Virus record (IMG/VR): IMGVR_UViG_3300030104_006323
Span: 1 to 60,193 of that record
Length of the DNA stretch: 60,193 bases
Direction: 5' to 3' (one strand)
Origin: a virus
Taxonomy: Duplodnaviria; Caudoviricetes
Program-made: the position numbers and the translations under genes
The notes under the pieces: model-generated
The model's database searches: none
The model's input: only the letters and a program-made list of their open reading frames with translations
Told to the model about the DNA's origin: nothing
Shown here: positions 37,244 to 47,501 of the stretch, piece after piece
Layout: each line of letters starts with the position of its first letter
Position numbering within the stretch: the first letter of the stretch is position 1

Positions 37244-39322
37244 ATGGCAGAAAATGTAGATAACAAAAATAGACCAACGGGCTCTAATAAATATTCTCTT
37301 TACGCTGGTAGAGAGGAGGCAGTTAATTGGGGGCAAGTTGCCGCTGATGTAACCAAAGGGCTAACTGCTATTAGAGATCAAAGAGAAGCCGCAAAGCAAA
37401 AAATAAATGAGGATACTAATGCTGCGCTTGCAGAGTTAAGTGAAATAGCTGAAGTATCAGCACCATCCATGAACAGTCTATTAATAGACGGTTCTGACTT
37501 TTCTAAAAACACACTTCAAACTGCAATGCAAGCGGTTAGATCAGGGCTCATGGATCCAAAGGATTATATGCTTATAATGCAAAACCAAAAGGATGGTTAC
37601 AAATCATTAAGTAACTATGCTAAAAATTATGATGCTAAATATAAAGAAGGTACTGAAAGAATTAAGAATGGTGAGGCGGCTAACCTTGAGGAATTTTTTA
37701 GATCAACAGGTTTTAGTTTTGGTAATACAAAAAATAAAAAGTTATGGACTGACCCTGCAACAGGGGAGTTAGTATTAGTTGAAATGATACCAGATCCTGA
37801 TAATCCTGGTAAATTTATGATGCCCAGTAGAAAAAATAACACTGATAAGTATCAAACTCCTTCTTCGATGTTAAACTTAATTAACTATCAAGAGAACGCA
37901 AGAAATTTAAGTGAAGATGTAAAGACACTTGTTACTGGTAATTTAGCAGAGATAACAGAGTCCTTAGTAAATTCTTATTCAGTAAGATATGGGGGTGGTG
38001 CGGTTACATCATTAACAGATTTTAGACAATTATTTGAAGATGTTCAGGGTGCAGATGGAATCCCTGGTATGGAAGGTAAGTCATATGATGATTGGCTAAC
38101 TGGACAAGCTGGAGGTGTAGTATCTGATCCTAAAGCTGCAGCAGAATATTTAACAAATTCAAATTTAGGATATTCATTTACTCTGGATCCGCAAGAAGCA
38201 GCTGACGATCCAAAAAAAATATTAGTGAAGTCGGATGGTGGTCCTCCAGAATTAGAACTTACAGAAGAGCAAATGGCAGATGCAGTAGGGTTAGCTAAAG
38301 AAGCTATCAATACACAGTTAGATAGTGTCATGAAAAACTCTTCTCCACTTTCAGGAAGAACAGACCCAGTTGCAGATAGAATTAATAAAGAAGAAAAAGA
38401 AGAAGAAGACAAGCAGTTTGGTTATATAAAACAAATAAACACTATGCTTACTGGTGATACTAATGCTGCGCGTAATGAAGCACAAAACTTAATTGATCAA
38501 TACAACAGTACTCTTGAGGGAGATGAGTTGAAGAAAAAAGGTATTAGAGGTATTGTTGTTACTGATGATTCAATTATAATTACCAGAAATGATAGGTCTA
38601 CTTATGAGGTACAAAGGTTTGATATAGATGATGATGATCCTGATAATCTTAAAAGAATTAACACAGCTATATCTAAAGATGCGACAAACATATTTAATCA
38701 GATAGTTCCTGGATTAACTGATACTGTTTCTGAAGATGAGATATTAGAAAATATTAATAAAAACAACTACTCCTTTGGCGAAAGAAGAGATGTTAAAGAT
38801 GAGATATTAAACTTCAGAAGAGGTTCTAAAGATTTATCCCCAGCAGTAATTAACGAAAAACCATCAGAAGTCTTAGGAGGAAAGTCTCCTTTACAATATT
38901 TAAGAGATGACTTCGGAGATAGTACCTTTGCTGATGAAATGAAAGATGAAATTGGAAAAAGTATAAGGGATGCGTTGAGTGCTATGATTCCAACTGATGT
39001 TCTTGATATAAATAAAGACTTAGGATATAAAGATCCATTTGGATCATTTGAAGTTGACGATAGTAAAGACACTATTAAATTCTCTTTTGGTGGTGAAGAG
39101 TTCTTTATGGAATTTAGAAAAGATAAAACTCCAGAAGAAGTTTTCAATAAAATGAAAGAGGTTATTAGTAAAGGTATTTCTAATATAAACAAAAATAGAG
39201 GGGCAGATAAATTTGATGTTAGTAAAGAGCTTACTTATTCGGAGTGGGTAAAAGACACAACTGCAAACCCAGATGCAAGTAAATCGTATGCTGATTTCTT
39301 AAAATGGCTACAATCAAATTAA
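37244..39322 (+). CDS. putative ejection/internal virion protein 2
   Basis: 692-aa helical acidic protein between the pilot and the largest gene. Confidence 0.55.
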   Translation: MAENVDNKNRPTGSNKYSLYAGREEAVNWGQVAADVTKGLTAIRDQREAAKQKINEDTNAALAELSEIAEVSAPSMNSLLIDGSDFSKNTLQTAMQAVRSGLMDPKDYMLIMQNQKDGYKSLSNYAKNYDAKYKEGTERIKNGEAANLEEFFRSTGFSFGNTKNKKLWTDPATGELVLVEMIPDPDNPGKFMMPSRKNNTDKYQTPSSMLNLINYQENARNLSEDVKTLVTGNLAEITESLVNSYSVRYGGGAVTSLTDFRQLFEDVQGADGIPGMEGKSYDDWLTGQAGGVVSDPKAAAEYLTNSNLGYSFTLDPQEAADDPKKILVKSDGGPPELELTEEQMADAVGLAKEAINTQLDSVMKNSSPLSGRTDPVADRINKEEKEEEDKQFGYIKQINTMLTGDTNAARNEAQNLIDQYNSTLEGDELKKKGIRGIVVTDDSIIITRNDRSTYEVQRFDIDDDDPDNLKRINTAISKDATNIFNQIVPGLTDTVSEDEILENINKNNYSFGERRDVKDEILNFRRGSKDLSPAVINEKPSEVLGGKSPLQYLRDDFGDSTFADEMKDEIGKSIRDALSAMIPTDVLDINKDLGYKDPFGSFEVDDSKDTIKFSFGGEEFFMEFRKDKTPEEVFNKMKEVISKGISNINKNRGADKFDVSKELTYSEWVKDTTANPDASKSYADFLKWLQSN

Positions 39323-39323
39323 T

Positions 39324-42300
39324 ATGGACGAAAAACAATTACAATTATTATTTGAGCTCATAAAAGATGGGGGTGATCAAAGCATTGAAGATGTAGATGT
39401 TTTACAATCTATAATTGAAAACGAGGGCATAGGTGTTTTATTTCCTGTATTGCCCGAAGGTGCAGTTGAAACCCCTCAAGAATTACAAAGTCTGTTTCCA
39501 GACTTAAAAAAAAAAGATTCTTCCGACTTGTCTGGTCAAACGGAAGGTATGGCATCTCCTACAGGAATGGACTCTTTCAATGTTTCCTTGGATGCAGATG
39601 TTACTGACCCCAAAGGATTACGGTACGGAAGTAATGTAGCAAATACCCGAGAACAAGATACCGCATTAGAAAGAACCTTTGGTAAAAATTTTGTTACCGA
39701 TTTTTTTGGCGACATGTATCGAGCTGGAGCTCAAGGCTTGGGACAAGGCGCAACAGTTGATGATGCAATAGGCGCTTATATTCAAGGATCTTCAATGTCC
39801 GAAGAAGCTATACAAGATTATATAAATGCAGTTAAAGCAAGTGAAAGATCAGGAATGTCTGATGAAATGAAAAGCTTTAATAATATATACGAAAATAATG
39901 GTGGAGGTGTATTGGGTTTTATTAAAGGTGTAGGTATGAACCCCTCAGTTTTACCACAATTACTTATATCTTCATTTGCCTCCATGGCAAACCCAACAGT
40001 TGCTGCGGGAGCGGGAGTGGGTGCAGGAATAGGAGCAGCTACAGGCGCAGGAATAGGAGCGGCAGCTGGATCCGTAGGAACACCAGTAGGTTCGGCAATA
40101 GCTGGTGTAGTAGGTGCTGGTTCAGGAGCAACCTTTGGCGCGTTTGCTGGAGCAGGTGCTACACTTGAAACAGGGCTTGCATTTACAGAGTTTTTAAAAG
40201 AAGAGATAGCTGAAAAAGGATTGAAGTTTGATAACGAAGGAATCAAAGCTGTATTAGATGACCCAGTAGCTTTACAAAGCATACGAAATAGATCTGCAGG
40301 AAGAGGTTTTACTATTGGTATTATTGATGGTATAGGAAGAGGGTTAGCAGGAAAATTAGCAGGTGGTTCAATTAAAACTGCCAAGGCAGCAGGTAAAGCA
40401 ATTAGTGGAGGACAAAAAGCAAGGGCAGCCTTAGGAGCTTTAGGAATCGAAGCTGTTGCTGGAGGTACTGGAGAAACGGCAGGTCGAGCTGTAGCGGGAC
40501 AAGAAATGGATGTTGCTGAAATAGGTTTTGAAGCTATAACTGGAGTTCAAAGCGGTGTCTTTACTGTGCCAGAAGCAGTAACAGGAAGAACAATAACAGA
40601 TTTATTAGGAGTAAACAATATGGGAGTAAATGTTTTTGCTCCACCTGTTTATGGAATTAAAAATAAAAAAGGTGTTGTTCAAAAAATGTCTAAGGATGAG
40701 TTGATGAAGTTTGTGAACACTGCTAAGCCGCAGGATATCAGAACCATGCAGTTTGAAATTAAAAATGATACAGAAATACAGAAAATAATTGACGATAAAA
40801 AACAAGCTGCACAAATTGAATTAGATTTACCAGATTTTGTTCAAGGTGAAAATAGAGCCGAAATGGTAAAGTTAGAACAGGAGTTACGAAACATACAAGA
40901 CCCTGATTTAAAAGCTAACCAGATTAGAATAAAACAAATTAATCAAGAGTTAGATGCGCTTGTTGAAAAAGCACAGAACGAGTCTAAGCAAACTCCGCAA
41001 AAAGTTACTACCTTTACAGAAGAGCAAGCTATTAATGAATTGCAATCAGAGGGTGTGGAAAATCCTACCCCTGAACAAATAAAAGAAAAATTAAATGCCC
41101 TTCAAGAGTCAAGCACAGCGCAGGTGGATGTACAAGAATCTACCGAAGGTAGCCCAGCAGTGGGAGAGGGAGACGCCTCAGGGATCATTACCGAGGAGGG
41201 TCAAGCCCAAAACCAAGGTGAGAGCAAGCCTGTTGAAACGCAAACGCAAGAGGAAATAAGTGTCAATGTTGCACCATTTTTTGAAACCTCTATTGAATCT
41301 ACAACAGAGGCAAGTGGTTTAAGAAAATCTCCACAGTATAACGAATACAAACAACGACTTCAAGATATTGCAAATGATATTGGTGTAGAAGTAGAGGTTG
41401 AAGAATCAGTAGGTGGATATGTAAATGAAGCAGGAAATAAAATAAGAGAAGTTAGTAATGTAGTAACCTTAAAGAATACTACATTAGATAAAGCGGCTGA
41501 ATACGCTGCACTTACTGCTGCGTTAGCTCCTGAAGTTCAAGAGTCAAGCATTGCTGCAGAGTATACTGTTGATCAAGCTGAAAATCATAATGGTAACGAA
41601 ATAACAATAAAAGTTTCTGATAGCGAAGGTACATTCCAAGCCCTGCAAGAAGCAGGTATTGATGAATATACTTTGAGCGAAACAAAAAATTTATTATCTT
41701 TGTTGGACATCTTTGATTTTAGTGATCCTCAAAAGGATGCTAAGCTTGCAAAGTTATTAGATATATTAGACAAAAAAAATATTACCTATGAAGTCGCAGA
41801 CAAAAAAGCAATCAACTCAAGATTTATTGACAAGAAGAGCAGGCAACAGATTCTTTCAGATGGTAGACAAAGCGCCATTCAACAACAACAAGAAGGGTCA
41901 AGCCTTTATAAGAAAATCATCTCAGCGATAAACCGTGATGCTGAAAAGCAAGGAATAACTCCAAACGAATATATAAGTACACCTCGACAGCAGATAACTG
42001 ATGCTGAAGGAAACATTGTAGACCCTGACATCAAAGAAATGGTGAGGTCAAAAAGAGTACAAAGTATTATTGATGATATAGTTAAAAAAACTGAAGAGAG
42101 ACAACAGGTTAGGGACGATGGTGGAAAAACTAAAAAGAAAAGAAGAGCAAAGAAAAAAGAAACGCTTCTTCAAAATACTCTAAATTATTTACAAAACTCT
42201 AAGTTGTATCAACAGCTTGATGATGTATCTCGAGAAAGATTAGTTACTGAATTAAATCAAAAACTTGGTATAAAAATTAAGAAAGCAGCGATACCTTCAT

Positions 42301-45300
42301 TTGTAAAACCAAAAGATAAAAAGATTGTAGTCAATGAAAGAGTAGCGCTAAAGGATCAAATAAAACTTGAAGTTAAAGCTGCAAGAGAATCTGCTAAGGC
42401 TTATAAAAAATCTATGCAAAACATAGCTGCTGAAGTCAAAGGATTGCGTAGAGGAAGAAAAATTTCTACTGCACAATCAAATGCAATTACATCTCGTTTA
42501 GCTAATGTAAATCTAAATAGTAAAAAATCTGTTGAGAATTATTTAAAATTTGTAGATAGAGTATTTACTAAAGCTGAAAGTATAGAAACACTTAGATCTG
42601 CTAAAGTAAAAGCTAAGAGAGCTAAGAAACAAGTTGGTGGTAGAAAGACAGGTGGTATACCAAACGCATCCAAAGTTATATTAGAAAACTTATTTAGCAT
42701 AAATCCATTTGCTATACCTGACGAGAAGGTAGATGCTTATTTAGATTTAGTAAACCAATTCGGCACTACAAGAACCCAAGTTCAACTTAACAGAAACCTT
42801 AGAGAAAATGTTGCTATCGCAGAAGATATATTAAATGCTGTATACCAGGATGCTGAAGCTACAATAGAAGCAGCGCCAGCAGAAGTAGAAGCAAAAGAAT
42901 ATAATTTATCTCAAGCGGTGAAAGAAATAAAGCAAGATGTAATTAGAGATTCAGAAATAAATCAACTACAAGATGAGGCTCAAAAACAAGATGCCAGAGA
43001 TATACAAAAGCTTACAAGTGAAGATATTAAATCATTAGTTACTGAGAAGAAAGATGGAACTAAGGATTACTCTATGGTTGAAAAATTAAGAACAGGTAAA
43101 CAACAAATACAAAATGGAGTATTGGTAAAAGATATTACGGATATTTTGACTGAAGTAGATAAAAACAGAAGAACCAAAACTCTGGATAATTTAAAAAAGA
43201 AAAACGGTGAAAAGGTTTTAACTCAGCCAAATGAAAAAAATATTTTAGATAGAATTGTAAACTATGGAAGCTCAATTAAAGCAGCATTAAGTTCTTCTAC
43301 AAATTTTCTGGTTGACAAATTAGAAGGTCAATCAACATTTTTTATTGATGATGTATTAGGTAACTTTAATAGTAAAGCTATTTATGACAACACTATTGGT
43401 GCCATAGGTAGAGCTTATTCAAAATACAATACGGAAACTAATCTTGCATACAAAACTATAGATCAAGCAGACGCTGTTTTAGAAGGAGATGTTAGCAAGG
43501 TTAGAAGAAAATTAGGAATTACAAAAAGCACAAACAGCGTTATAGAATCAAAATATAAAGTTAGGTTATATCAATTACAAAGAGAGCATGAAGCAAATAT
43601 AGTAGATGGAAAACCTAATAGTAAAGCTCCACCAGCGATGGAGTTTGCAGACAAAACTGTAAATAATAAAAATGTATTAGATCCATACTCTAAAACAATA
43701 CTTAGAAACCTTATGGATAAGTATGGTAAAGACGGAGTGATAGATGCAAAGGCGATAGAAAAAAGTTTTACACCAGCTGAAAAAAAATATTTAAAACTTA
43801 TTGATCAGGCTAATCAAAGCTTAGCGAACAAAGCAGTTTATATTTCTGGTTCTTTACACGGTAATAAAATTAATTTGCTTAATGATTACACACATCATGC
43901 TGTATTGGATACAGATAAAAGAAATGAAGATTCAAACCTTTTAAGAAAAGAACAAAGGTTTACTAATTTACCTTCCACTAAATCTGCAACCATAGTAGAA
44001 AGAACAGCGGGTGCAAAACCTATTAGTTTTGATCCATCGTATTCTGCAAGAAGAGGTATTCAAGAAACTAATCTTGATTACTATATGACGAGAGAAGTAA
44101 GAACGGTTAGAAAAACTATAAATCAGTTAATAAAAAACGCTGAAGCATCGAACAATCAAACGGCAGTGGATGTTGCCGATGCTCTAAATGATGTGGTGTT
44201 AAATAGATTACAAACAGTATTTCAAAAATCTTTTTCTGACATGACAGTGCTGGATAAAATTGGAGGTCCTATAGCTAAAATTGGTTACTATCAATCATTA
44301 GCATCCGCTCCAAGAATGCTTGTTGAAATGGGATCTAACTTACTAATGATGGTTAAGAATCCAAAACTTGCAGCTCAATCTTTCAAAGAATATTCTGGTA
44401 TTACACTTACTAATCCAGATAGGGTAGAGATAGGAACTAATTTTTTAAATAAAGCTGGGTCAGCTGTAACACAAAAATTATATAATATAGATGAGTTAGG
44501 TGGAAAGATGGCAGACCTTAACGAATTTATTAGGCCAGATCAATCTAACTCCCAAGCAAGAAGTGAGGTGGCTAATAAAGCTTTACAGATTTTAAAATAC
44601 CTACCCTTCAAACAAACAGCTAAAGGTGTGGATAAAATGTCAGCAAGACTATTATCTTATGGAGATCAAGCTATATCAAGACCATTGTGGTTTGGTACAT
44701 TCAACAGCGCTCTACAAAAAGCAGTTAAAAAATATAACAAAGAAAGTATAGGTAATTTAACTCCTGAAGAAATAAAACTTTTTTCAGAAGGCAAATCTAA
44801 ATTTAATAGTCCTAAATATAAACAAGCTGTTGAAGCTGCAACTAAAGCTGCAGATAGAAATGCTATTACTGTAGCTTCATCTACCAATCCATTCGATGGT
44901 ATTGGTAAGAATATGATTAAACCTTCAGATTCATTTTTGAAAAGAGCTTACAAGCAAGCTAATAGATTTATGATTAGGTTCCAATTATTTGAATTTGGTA
45001 GTGCAAGACATGCAATAAATGCTTTATATAAATCAGGAGACATAAGCAAGTCAGAAGCAGCAGGATTACTTACAGGCGTTAGCATGAGAATGACAATGTA
45101 TATGGTTGGATATACCGCACTTACACAATTATTTGATGAAGAATTATTTGGAGCTGAAGAAAAAGAAGAAGATAAAGAAAAAGATTTTGCTTCTTTATTA
45201 GCAAGGCAGTTTATTGGTTCTACTTTAAGTTTAGGATTAAGAAGACAGTTAGGTAATATACCTGCAATCCCAGTCAACTTTATGATTGAACACGGAATTA

Positions 45301-45791
45301 ATGAACCATTCTTAGGAAGTATAAGAAATGGTGAAGAATATGATCCTTATAAACATTCTCTTATATTTAATCAATTAGGAAAACAAGATCTTCAAAAAGA
45401 TTTTGGATTAAATTTAGACACCTTAATTAGAATATTTGGGGGACCATATGGGCCATTAGCTAAGAGTTTATTGCGTACTGGTAGAGTAGGAAGCAGAGCT
45501 GTGTTTAATAAAACAGAAGCTGGTAGAGAAAAGAACATTGATGAGCTCACAAACAGAATGACAATAGAGGTATTAGGTAACTTAGGTCTCTTACCGTTTT
45601 ACAAAGACATTAGACGAATTATTTTAAAACAGATGTACGGGAAGTCATCAGTACCATATAAACCTATTAAACAGCCTGATAGCGAGTTTCTTGAGGACCT
45701 GGACTTTGATAATGAATATGATATGGATGGTATATATGATGAGGATCTGGATATAGAAGACATGGATTTTATGGACATAGATTTTGATTAA
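39324..45791 (+). CDS. large ejection/internal virion protein 3 (2155 aa)
   Basis: G/A-rich membrane-insertion-like segment (about 40000-40170), long helical body, very acidic C-terminal tail. Confidence 0.65.
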   Translation: MDEKQLQLLFELIKDGGDQSIEDVDVLQSIIENEGIGVLFPVLPEGAVETPQELQSLFPDLKKKDSSDLSGQTEGMASPTGMDSFNVSLDADVTDPKGLRYGSNVANTREQDTALERTFGKNFVTDFFGDMYRAGAQGLGQGATVDDAIGAYIQGSSMSEEAIQDYINAVKASERSGMSDEMKSFNNIYENNGGGVLGFIKGVGMNPSVLPQLLISSFASMANPTVAAGAGVGAGIGAATGAGIGAAAGSVGTPVGSAIAGVVGAGSGATFGAFAGAGATLETGLAFTEFLKEEIAEKGLKFDNEGIKAVLDDPVALQSIRNRSAGRGFTIGIIDGIGRGLAGKLAGGSIKTAKAAGKAISGGQKARAALGALGIEAVAGGTGETAGRAVAGQEMDVAEIGFEAITGVQSGVFTVPEAVTGRTITDLLGVNNMGVNVFAPPVYGIKNKKGVVQKMSKDELMKFVNTAKPQDIRTMQFEIKNDTEIQKIIDDKKQAAQIELDLPDFVQGENRAEMVKLEQELRNIQDPDLKANQIRIKQINQELDALVEKAQNESKQTPQKVTTFTEEQAINELQSEGVENPTPEQIKEKLNALQESSTAQVDVQESTEGSPAVGEGDASGIITEEGQAQNQGESKPVETQTQEEISVNVAPFFETSIESTTEASGLRKSPQYNEYKQRLQDIANDIGVEVEVEESVGGYVNEAGNKIREVSNVVTLKNTTLDKAAEYAALTAALAPEVQESSIAAEYTVDQAENHNGNEITIKVSDSEGTFQALQEAGIDEYTLSETKNLLSLLDIFDFSDPQKDAKLAKLLDILDKKNITYEVADKKAINSRFIDKKSRQQILSDGRQSAIQQQQEGSSLYKKIISAINRDAEKQGITPNEYISTPRQQITDAEGNIVDPDIKEMVRSKRVQSIIDDIVKKTEERQQVRDDGGKTKKKRRAKKKETLLQNTLNYLQNSKLYQQLDDVSRERLVTELNQKLGIKIKKAAIPSFVKPKDKKIVVNERVALKDQIKLEVKAARESAKAYKKSMQNIAAEVKGLRRGRKISTAQSNAITSRLANVNLNSKKSVENYLKFVDRVFTKAESIETLRSAKVKAKRAKKQVGGRKTGGIPNASKVILENLFSINPFAIPDEKVDAYLDLVNQFGTTRTQVQLNRNLRENVAIAEDILNAVYQDAEATIEAAPAEVEAKEYNLSQAVKEIKQDVIRDSEINQLQDEAQKQDARDIQKLTSEDIKSLVTEKKDGTKDYSMVEKLRTGKQQIQNGVLVKDITDILTEVDKNRRTKTLDNLKKKNGEKVLTQPNEKNILDRIVNYGSSIKAALSSSTNFLVDKLEGQSTFFIDDVLGNFNSKAIYDNTIGAIGRAYSKYNTETNLAYKTIDQADAVLEGDVSKVRRKLGITKSTNSVIESKYKVRLYQLQREHEANIVDGKPNSKAPPAMEFADKTVNNKNVLDPYSKTILRNLMDKYGKDGVIDAKAIEKSFTPAEKKYLKLIDQANQSLANKAVYISGSLHGNKINLLNDYTHHAVLDTDKRNEDSNLLRKEQRFTNLPSTKSATIVERTAGAKPISFDPSYSARRGIQETNLDYYMTREVRTVRKTINQLIKNAEASNNQTAVDVADALNDVVLNRLQTVFQKSFSDMTVLDKIGGPIAKIGYYQSLASAPRMLVEMGSNLLMMVKNPKLAAQSFKEYSGITLTNPDRVEIGTNFLNKAGSAVTQKLYNIDELGGKMADLNEFIRPDQSNSQARSEVANKALQILKYLPFKQTAKGVDKMSARLLSYGDQAISRPLWFGTFNSALQKAVKKYNKESIGNLTPEEIKLFSEGKSKFNSPKYKQAVEAATKAADRNAITVASSTNPFDGIGKNMIKPSDSFLKRAYKQANRFMIRFQLFEFGSARHAINALYKSGDISKSEAAGLLTGVSMRMTMYMVGYTALTQLFDEELFGAEEKEEDKEKDFASLLARQFIGSTLSLGLRRQLGNIPAIPVNFMIEHGINEPFLGSIRNGEEYDPYKHSLIFNQLGKQDLQKDFGLNLDTLIRIFGGPYGPLAKSLLRTGRVGSRAVFNKTEAGREKNIDELTNRMTIEVLGNLGLLPFYKDIRRIILKQMYGKSSVPYKPIKQPDSEFLEDLDFDNEYDMDGIYDEDLDIEDMDFMDIDFD
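41095..41259 (+). CDS. nested +1-frame gene, 54-aa basic protein MPFKSQAQRRWMYKNLPKVAQQWERETPQGSLPRRVKPKTKVRASLLKRKRKRK
   Basis: hand translation; A-rich leader AAAAGAAAAATTAA-ATG; local rise in GC; resembles stand-alone MPFKSxAQRxW phage proteins as recalled. Confidence 0.7.
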   Translation: MPFKSQAQRRWMYKNLPKVAQQWERETPQGSLPRRVKPKTKVRASLLKRKRKRK

Positions 45792-46126
45792 TGAAATATT
45801 TTGATGAACATATATGTATGATCAATAGTTATAAACTATTAACAGGTAGAGCCACTTATGATGAGTTGTTAGAAGATGATGCAAATCCACCAGCATTTAT
45901 TTTTAATCCCACTAAACCTGTGGTGTCTATGGAGGATGATGTATATGATGTATTGATTGAATACTTTGTTGAGCAAGAAGATTATGAAAAGTGTTCAGAG
46001 CTCAGAGACCACAAGCGTCTTAATTCTTACTATAGTTTGTCCGCTCCGCTTGTAACTTATAAAAGTGGAATGCCTGCATTCCGTTCACATGGGAATCAGT
46101 TGGGAAAAAATACTTCCAACCCTTAG
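45791..46126 (+). CDS. hypothetical protein with a UVR-like motif
   Basis: EQEDYEKCSELRD; TAATG coupling to the upstream gene. Confidence 0.65.
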   Translation: MKYFDEHICMINSYKLLTGRATYDELLEDDANPPAFIFNPTKPVVSMEDDVYDVLIEYFVEQEDYEKCSELRDHKRLNSYYSLSAPLVTYKSGMPAFRSHGNQLGKNTSNP

Positions 46127-46352
46127 ATCTTCCTCTATTTATATAATAACAAAAAGCAACAGCTAACTTTCCAGATTGTTTTAAATCCGATGATTTTTTA
46201 AAATTAATTACAGCTGAGTCATCAGACAAGGGTATCACATCTTGAACTGTAAAGGTTTCTTTGTTTTGGTTGCCATCTCTATTAAAATTTGAAAACCTAT
46301 CTGCAATGGTTTGTGCAAACTTTTTAAGCTCCAACGCTCTATCTCTATTCAT
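46020..46352 (-). CDS. hypothetical protein
   Basis: ORF track; last gene of the - arm; ATGA overlap with its upstream gene. Confidence 0.75.
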   Translation of the reverse strand: MNRDRALELKKFAQTIADRFSNFNRDGNQNKETFTVQDVIPLSDDSAVINFKKSSDLKQSGKLAVAFCYYINRGRSKGWKYFFPTDSHVNGMQAFHFYKLQAERTNYSKN

Positions 46353-46543
46353 ATCTCATCTGTTAAGGATTGGATTAACTCCGCCATTTCTTTACATATA
46401 TTTTGAGCGTTAGCTTTTGCCTTATCGTTATCACGCTCCATTAGATTTTCGTAAAGCTCATCCACTAAGTCATGACAACTGTTGGTCACATAGTTAATGT
46501 GACTGATTGACTGGTGGTCATCTTGAGATACGGGTGGGGTCAT
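46349..46543 (-). CDS. hypothetical protein
   Basis: ORF track; tight packing. Confidence 0.7.
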   Translation of the reverse strand: MTPPVSQDDHQSISHINYVTNSCHDLVDELYENLMERDNDKAKANAQNICKEMAELIQSLTDEI

Positions 46544-46546
46544 TTA

Positions 46547-47191
46547 TTATTTATCCATAGAATCAAGTAAAAGTTTTCCTAACGCTTCGTTTTTAGTTTT
46601 GATAGCGCGATAAATTATTCTTGATTGGGTTCGTACATTTTTCTTTTCCCCTGTTGTACTGTCCGTGCCCAAGTTTGCATACATAGTGCAGTCGATATGA
46701 AACAATGTGTCTATCTTTTTTTTGTCTGACCAGGATTTATAATTAAGTATTTTATCAACATCTTCAACAGTATACTTGCAATCTATGTCAGTCATTTTAT
46801 AAAATTTTAATTGTTTTGTTAACAGCTGCATCTCCAAATTACATAAAAAAATCCGCTCATGCAAATTTTTTATTTTCTTACTACGGCTTTCAAGGTTGCA
46901 TTTTGTAAATTCTACACCCCATTTATCAATCAATTCTATCTTTTTATATTGTAAAGAAGGGTCTTGTTTAATCATGTAAGGTAGCTCATTTATAGCGTGC
47001 ATTATCGTAGCGTGGTTTTTGTTGAAAACTTTTGCAATATTCATAAAGGTCATAAACAAAGATTCCCTCATAATAGAATACACAACTGCTCTTGCTTGAA
47101 TATGTGATAATAAACGAGAGTTGGAATAAATATCTAAACCGAAATGTTTACTTGCGGTGATCAGTAAATCTTGGATAGCTGAATCTTTCAT
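46547..47191 (-). CDS. DnaA domain IV-like HTH protein with an extra C-terminal domain
   Basis: HFGL...SR...QARAVVYSIMR...IAKVFNKNHATIMHA resembles Bac_DnaA_C (RDHTTV signature). Confidence 0.65.
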   Translation of the reverse strand: MKDSAIQDLLITASKHFGLDIYSNSRLLSHIQARAVVYSIMRESLFMTFMNIAKVFNKNHATIMHAINELPYMIKQDPSLQYKKIELIDKWGVEFTKCNLESRSKKIKNLHERIFLCNLEMQLLTKQLKFYKMTDIDCKYTVEDVDKILNYKSWSDKKKIDTLFHIDCTMYANLGTDSTTGEKKNVRTQSRIIYRAIKTKNEALGKLLLDSMDK

Positions 47192-47501
47192 CTGTTTCTA
47201 AATTTAATTTGAGATTAATAAAATCTAAATACTCATCCATATCTATGAATTGTAAATCAGATAGAACCATTAGATAGTCATCAGGTTTTAAAATTTCAAG
47301 GATAAATGGAACTGGTTCGTCAAAGTGATAAACCAATCCAGCAACCAGGTGAGTATGTAGAGGATTAGCGGGAACATCAGGGAGATATTCCTCAATGTAT
47401 AAGGTGATAGTAAGGGATAGAGTAGGTGGTGTTTTTTCTAATGTAGAAATAAAATCATCATCTAACTCATACTCCTTTGTGTACGGTAACTTTAACTCCA
47501 T
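47148..47501 (-). CDS. acidic hypothetical protein
   Basis: ORF track; start uncertain (47552 or 47501). Confidence 0.6.
   Translation of the reverse strand: MELKLPYTKEYELDDDFISTLEKTPPTLSLTITLYIEEYLPDVPANPLHTHLVAGLVYHFDEPVPFILEILKPDDYLMVLSDLQFIDMDEYLDFINLKLNLETDERFSYPRFTDHRK

Noticed and set aside
338-45277. Antisense and alternate-frame ORFs in the track inside long genes (e.g. 338..670, 4147..4419, 24113..24430, 38044..38412, 39818..40384, 44948..45277)
   Set aside because: They shadow well-supported genes, lack initiation context and motifs, and are expected from codon bias
39324-45791. Largest ORF as a virion RNA polymerase or tape measure protein
   Set aside because: No DxDGD/DFDID-type catalytic motif in a plausible context (the final DIDFD is part of an acidic tail), and no tail tube or sheath genes were recognised
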